The position numbers were made by a program, and so were the translations under genes. Shown piece after piece: positions 52,445 through 55,412 of a DNA stretch of 55,412 nucleotides. Origin of the DNA: an uncultured Candidatus Nemicrothrix sp. (lineage in GTDB: Bacteria > Actinomycetota > Acidimicrobiia > Acidimicrobiales > Aldehydirespiratoraceae); contig CAYFLT010000011.1 of NCBI GenBank assembly GCA_964344055.1, forward strand, positions 1 to 55,412, given 5' to 3'. The notes beneath the pieces are model-generated. The model was not told the DNA's origin and did no database searches. It saw only the letters and a list, made by a program, of their open reading frames with translations. How positions within the stretch are numbered: position 1 is the stretch's first letter; every line of letters starts with the position of its first letter.

Positions 52445-52832
52445 TCATCCTGTCGAACCCGCCCACCCGGACGAGTCGGGTGGCGAGGCGATCAACCCGC
52501 TCGGCGGAGGTCTTCCTGATCTCGGTGGCCTGCTCGAGTCGGCCCAGCAGATGATGGCCGACATGCAGGCGGCCGCGGCCGAGGTCGTGGAAGGCGTCGC
52601 CGGCGGCGGGCTGGTGAGGGTCGAGGTCGACGGTCACTTCGAGTTCCATTCGGTCTCCATCGATCCCAAGGCGATCGACCCCGACGACCCCTCGCTGCTC
52701 GAGGATCTCGTCCTCGCCGCGTTGCGGGACGCCTCGAGTCGCCTTCAAGGTGGACAGCAGGGCGCCCTCGGCGGGCTCGACCTGGGAGGCATGGATCTCG
52801 GTGGGCTCGGCGGTCTGCTCGGAGGTGAGTGA
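52437..52832 (+). CDS. ybaB: YbaB/EbfC-family nucleoid-associated protein
   Basis: Track ORF 52404..52832 trimmed to ATG 52437, overlapping dnaX by 8 nt. Contains LLESAQQMMADMQAAAAEV...GGGLVRVEVDGHFEFHSVSIDP. Confidence 0.85.
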   Translation: MTDHPVEPAHPDESGGEAINPLGGGLPDLGGLLESAQQMMADMQAAAAEVVEGVAGGGLVRVEVDGHFEFHSVSIDPKAIDPDDPSLLEDLVLAALRDASSRLQGGQQGALGGLDLGGMDLGGLGGLLGGE

Positions 52833-52838
52833 GCGCCG

Positions 52839-53450
52839 GTGAGCTACTCGTCCACGGTTCAGGAGCTGATCGATCAACTGGGGCGCTTGCCTGGCATCGG
52901 TCCGAAGTCGGCGCAGCGAGTGGCGTTCTACCTGCTGAAGGCCCCCACCGAGGACGCCATGCGGTTGTCGCGGGCGATCGTCGAGGCCAAGGAGCGGGTG
53001 TCGTTCTGTGCGCGCTGCTTCAACTTGAGCGAGGGCGGCGACGAGTGTGCGATCTGCCGCGATCCCCGTCGGGAGGATCGTCTGCTCTGTGTGGTCGAGG
53101 ACAGCCAGGACATCGTCGCCATCGAGCGGACCCAGGAGTTCCGTGGTCGGTATCACGTCCTGCAGGGTGCGTTCAGTCCGATCGACGGTGTCGGTGTGGA
53201 CCAGCTCCGGGTGAAGGAGCTGATGACCCGCGTCGGTGAAGAGGACGTCGAGGAGGTGATTGTGGCCACCAATCCGAATCTCGAGGGCGAGGCCACCGCG
53301 GCCCTGCTCGTGAAGTACTTGAAGCCCATGGGGGTCCGGGTGAGCCGGATCGCGAGCGGGCTGCCGGTGGGCGGGGATCTCGAATACGCCGACGAATTGA
53401 CCCTCGGCCGGGCCCTGGAGGGCCGTCAGGTTCTCGACGCCGGCGACTGA
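52839..53450 (+). CDS. recR: Recombination protein RecR
   Basis: Track ORF, 203 aa. HhH is [17 protein letters not shown]. Zinc finger is [17 protein letters not shown]. Toprim region: [14 protein letters not shown]. Confidence 0.95.
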   Translation: MSYSSTVQELIDQLGRLPGIGPKSAQRVAFYLLKAPTEDAMRLSRAIVEAKERVSFCARCFNLSEGGDECAICRDPRREDRLLCVVEDSQDIVAIERTQEFRGRYHVLQGAFSPIDGVGVDQLRVKELMTRVGEEDVEEVIVATNPNLEGEATAALLVKYLKPMGVRVSRIASGLPVGGDLEYADELTLGRALEGRQVLDAGD

Positions 53451-53655
53451 AGTCGGCGAGGGGTCCTGCCGATCAGGAACTGGGTCCGGAAGCGGGCCCA
53501 CCAGCCCGATCCGAAGAACGGACGAGGCGCCGTCTTGTACCTGCCGGAGCGCGGGCGGTATGGACAAAATTCCGGCAGATCCAGGACGACGCCTCGACCC
53601 CACATCGCAGGAGGGGGAGGATCTGAAATCCGGGTTCCTGCTCTGTGTTGCGATT

Positions 53656-53684
53656 ACTTTACGATTTTGACACACACATGACAA
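53656..53684 (-). promoter_or_regulatory. Sigma-70/SigA-like promoter on the minus strand: -35 TTGTCA, 17-nt spacer, -10 TAAAGT
   Basis: Minus strand reads TTGTCA tgtgtgtgtcaaaatcg TAAAGT aatcgca. It sits in the lowest-GC stretch of the window and points toward the structured region 53541-53633. No annotated gene lies downstream in that direction. Confidence 0.35.
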
Positions 53685-53822
53685 GTACTTCCTGAAGATT
53701 TCTTTTCGGACCCTTCCTCGTCATGGTTGTCACGTGTTTGTCATCACAGTGAGCGCGTCCGCAACCACAGTGCGCGCGAGGGAACCGTGTGGTTCTCGAC
53801 GTAGGGTGGCTAGCGCCGCGCG

Positions 53823-54482
53823 CTACGCGCTGCGCCGGCTCGACGAGACTGCGACGGTCCGGTCCTCGTCGGATCGGTCGTCGTCGGCCCACGTGGCCTC
53901 GTCGACCGCAGACAGGTCGGGATCCTCGATGGTGAGGGCCAGCTCCTCGGCCTGTTGCACTCCCACACGGGCGACCGACGTCTGGATGTCGGTCATGGCC
54001 GCCTGGAGGCGGTCGTGGACGTCGCGCTCGGCGGCGAGCAGCCGATCGAGACGGCGTTGGGCCTGGTTGATGACCGCAGTGGCCCGCTCGACGGCATCGC
54101 GTTCCGCGGTCTCGCGCAACGCGTCGGCTTCAGCTGTGGCGGACTCGATCATCTCGGCCACGGCCCGCTCGGCATCACCGATCTGCTTGGCCGCCAGCGC
54201 CGCGGCCTCCTCCTTCATCCGTGCCCCTTCGACCTCGGCCTCGGCCCGGAGGTGGGCGGCAGCCGCCTCGGCCTCCTCGCGAAGCTCGTCCGCGGACTTC
54301 ACGGCCTGATCGAGCATGTCGGCCACGGTGCCACCCACGGCTCGGACACCGTCCTGTTCGAGAGTGCGGATCCGCTCGGCGGCGCGGCGCAGCAGATCCA
54401 TCACGGCCGCGGGGTCGAGGCCGCCCTCCTCGACCGCCGCGAGGTCGGCCTGCTCCAGGTCCTCGGGGCGGAGATCCATCAC
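53823..54482 (-). CDS. DivIVA-domain coiled-coil protein
   Basis: Track ORF, 219 aa. N-terminus MMDLRPEDLEQADLAAVEEGGLDPAAVMDLLRRAAERI fits the DivIVA N-terminal pattern (L-x-P-E-D...G-x-D...V..L). The rest is Ala/Glu-rich coiled coil. Confidence 0.65.
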   Translation of the reverse strand: MMDLRPEDLEQADLAAVEEGGLDPAAVMDLLRRAAERIRTLEQDGVRAVGGTVADMLDQAVKSADELREEAEAAAAHLRAEAEVEGARMKEEAAALAAKQIGDAERAVAEMIESATAEADALRETAERDAVERATAVINQAQRRLDRLLAAERDVHDRLQAAMTDIQTSVARVGVQQAEELALTIEDPDLSAVDEATWADDDRSDEDRTVAVSSSRRSA

Positions 54483-54542
54483 GGCAGTATCTCATCGGAC
54501 GTGGGCGAGGTGGTGGCACAATCGCGCTGCGTGGCTGGCGGA

Positions 54543-54548
54543 TAGCAT
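54543..54548 (+). promoter_or_regulatory. -10-like TAGCAT hexamer 6 nt upstream of the GTG start of the epimerase gene (possible leaderless transcript)
   Basis: gaTAGCATccgcgtGTG. No Shine-Dalgarno sequence between the hexamer and the start codon. Confidence 0.3.
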
Positions 54549-54554
54549 CCGCGT

Positions 54555-54956
54555 GTGCAGCTCACCGAGATCGACCACATCGCCATCGCCGTCAACGACC
54601 TCGAGGCGGCCATCGCCTACTACGCCGAAGCATTCGGAGCGGAGGTCCACCATCGCGAGGTGGTGGAATCCGACGGCGTCGAAGAGGCCCTCATCAAGGT
54701 CGCCGACTCCTACATCCAGCTCACCACCGCCACCCGGCCCGACTCACCGATCGCCAAGTACCTGGAGAAGCGCGGCGAAGGTCTACACCACGTCGGCTAC
54801 CGGGTGGATGACTGCGCGGCCGCGTTGGCGCAGATGGTTGCCGCCGGTGCCACGCCGATCGACCAGGCTCCCCGTCCGGGATCCCGCGGCACCACCGTGG
54901 CCTTCGTCCACCCGAAGGGCTCCTTCGGCACGCTCATCGAACTCGTCCAGGAGTAG
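54555..54956 (+). CDS. mce: Methylmalonyl-CoA epimerase (VOC family)
   Basis: Track ORF, 133 aa. Contains IDHIAIAVNDLEAAIAYY, GEGLHHVGYRVDD and HPKGSFGTLIELVQ. Confidence 0.85.
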   Translation: MQLTEIDHIAIAVNDLEAAIAYYAEAFGAEVHHREVVESDGVEEALIKVADSYIQLTTATRPDSPIAKYLEKRGEGLHHVGYRVDDCAAALAQMVAAGATPIDQAPRPGSRGTTVAFVHPKGSFGTLIELVQE

Positions 54957-54988
54957 CCGCCCAGCCCCGTAACTTCATGCGCCGGCAC

Positions 54989-55412
54989 TCAGCCGGTGAG
55001 TTCGATCACGCCGGTGGGGCCGAGCAGGGTGGCCCGTAGTTCGCGGGGGCCCACCGCCACGTCCACCGGCACAGCGAACTCGTGGAGCCGGCTCGCCATC
55101 GCCGGATCCGGGTGGGTGAGCGACAGCTGCGAGAGCGTGAGCCCCGGGTTGGCGGTGGCCGCCGGCGTCTCGCCTGGCCACTCGATGAGAAACGGCAGGA
55201 TGCCTTCCCCGGCCTCGGTCGGGAACGTCAGCCTCCACTGGAGGATCTCCCCGTCCGGCTTGGTCCTCTGCATCCCGAGGATCGGACCCGGATCCACGCC
55301 CCGACTCTTGGCCCAACCCACCCAGAGATCGATGTCGGGAACTCCGGCCGCCCAGGTCACGAGCGCCGCCTCGGTCAGGTCGTCGATTCCGAACGGCCGC
55401 GGACCCGCGGGA
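54989..55412 (-). CDS. Glyoxalase-like-domain (VOC) protein, 5' end beyond the window
   Basis: Track ORF 54989..55360. The same frame stays open to the window edge (...PAGPRPFGIDDLTEAALVTWAAGVPDIDLW), so the gene is partial. Confidence 0.6.
   Translation of the reverse strand, partial: PAGPRPFGIDDLTEAALVTWAAGVPDIDLWVGWAKSRGVDPGPILGMQRTKPDGEILQWRLTFPTEAGEGILPFLIEWPGETPAATANPGLTLSQLSLTHPDPAMASRLHEFAVPVDVAVGPRELRATLLGPTGVIELTG

Noticed and set aside
53560-53670. Small ORFs in the low-GC spacer: plus-strand MDKIPADPGRRLDPTSQEGEDLKSGFLLCVAITLRF, and a minus-strand 59-aa ORF starting at 53605
   Set aside because: There is no convincing RBS or family resemblance. The composition is atypical and one overlaps recR antisense. 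A non-coding role seems more likely, though coding is not excluded.
1-55412. CRISPR arrays, rRNA genes, IS or transposase genes, and recognisable defence systems (restriction-modification, toxin-antitoxin, CBASS, retrons)
   Set aside because: I found no regularly spaced repeat arrays, no rRNA-like sequence, and no transposase, reverse transcriptase, nuclease or methylase signatures in any credible ORF.

Overview
High-GC, actinobacterial-type chromosomal window with about 55 protein genes on both strands, 3 tRNAs (Lys-UUU, Ser-CGA, Ser-GGA) and the SRP RNA. I saw no rRNA, CRISPR array or transposase. At the left edge a tyrosine integrase sits against the 3' end of tRNA-Lys. This looks like the edge of an integrated element carrying a lipoprotein and a possible toxin-immunity gene. 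Most of the rest is housekeeping or accessory metabolism: an acyltransferase-sulfatase-hydrolase operon, MFS and ABC transporters, a CocE/NonD hydrolase, pncB-pncA, aroQ, an IMPase-family gene, VOC/GNAT/methyltransferase/HAD genes, F420-type enzymes, tadA, a Mo-oxidoreductase plus cytochrome b, lspA, an M20 amidohydrolase, a corrinoid protein with an MtaA-like methyltransferase, ffs, dnaX-ybaB-recR, a DivIVA-like protein and methylmalonyl-CoA epimerase. I did not recognise any known defence system. Six things stand out, all as hypotheses. (1) A 1311-aa SARP + class III cyclase + P-loop ATPase + TPR regulator, with three 11-bp-phased direct repeats and an untracked small ORF upstream. (2) An ECF-type sigma factor coupled to a 918-aa single-pass protein with Kelch-like and PASTA modules; the pair is bracketed by 24-nt inverted repeats. 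(3) A four-copy family of about 24-nt palindromes (GAAACGTCCCCGCGGGGACGTTTC) sitting just after stop codons. (4) A low-GC convergent intergenic region after recR with a good minus-strand promoter and stem-loops, a candidate sRNA. (5) Two adjacent decayed genes. (6) An SRP RNA locus with an unusually long closing helix and a competing hairpin. Coordinates come from hand-indexing of the sequence; family calls rest on motifs I can read in the translations, not on searches.
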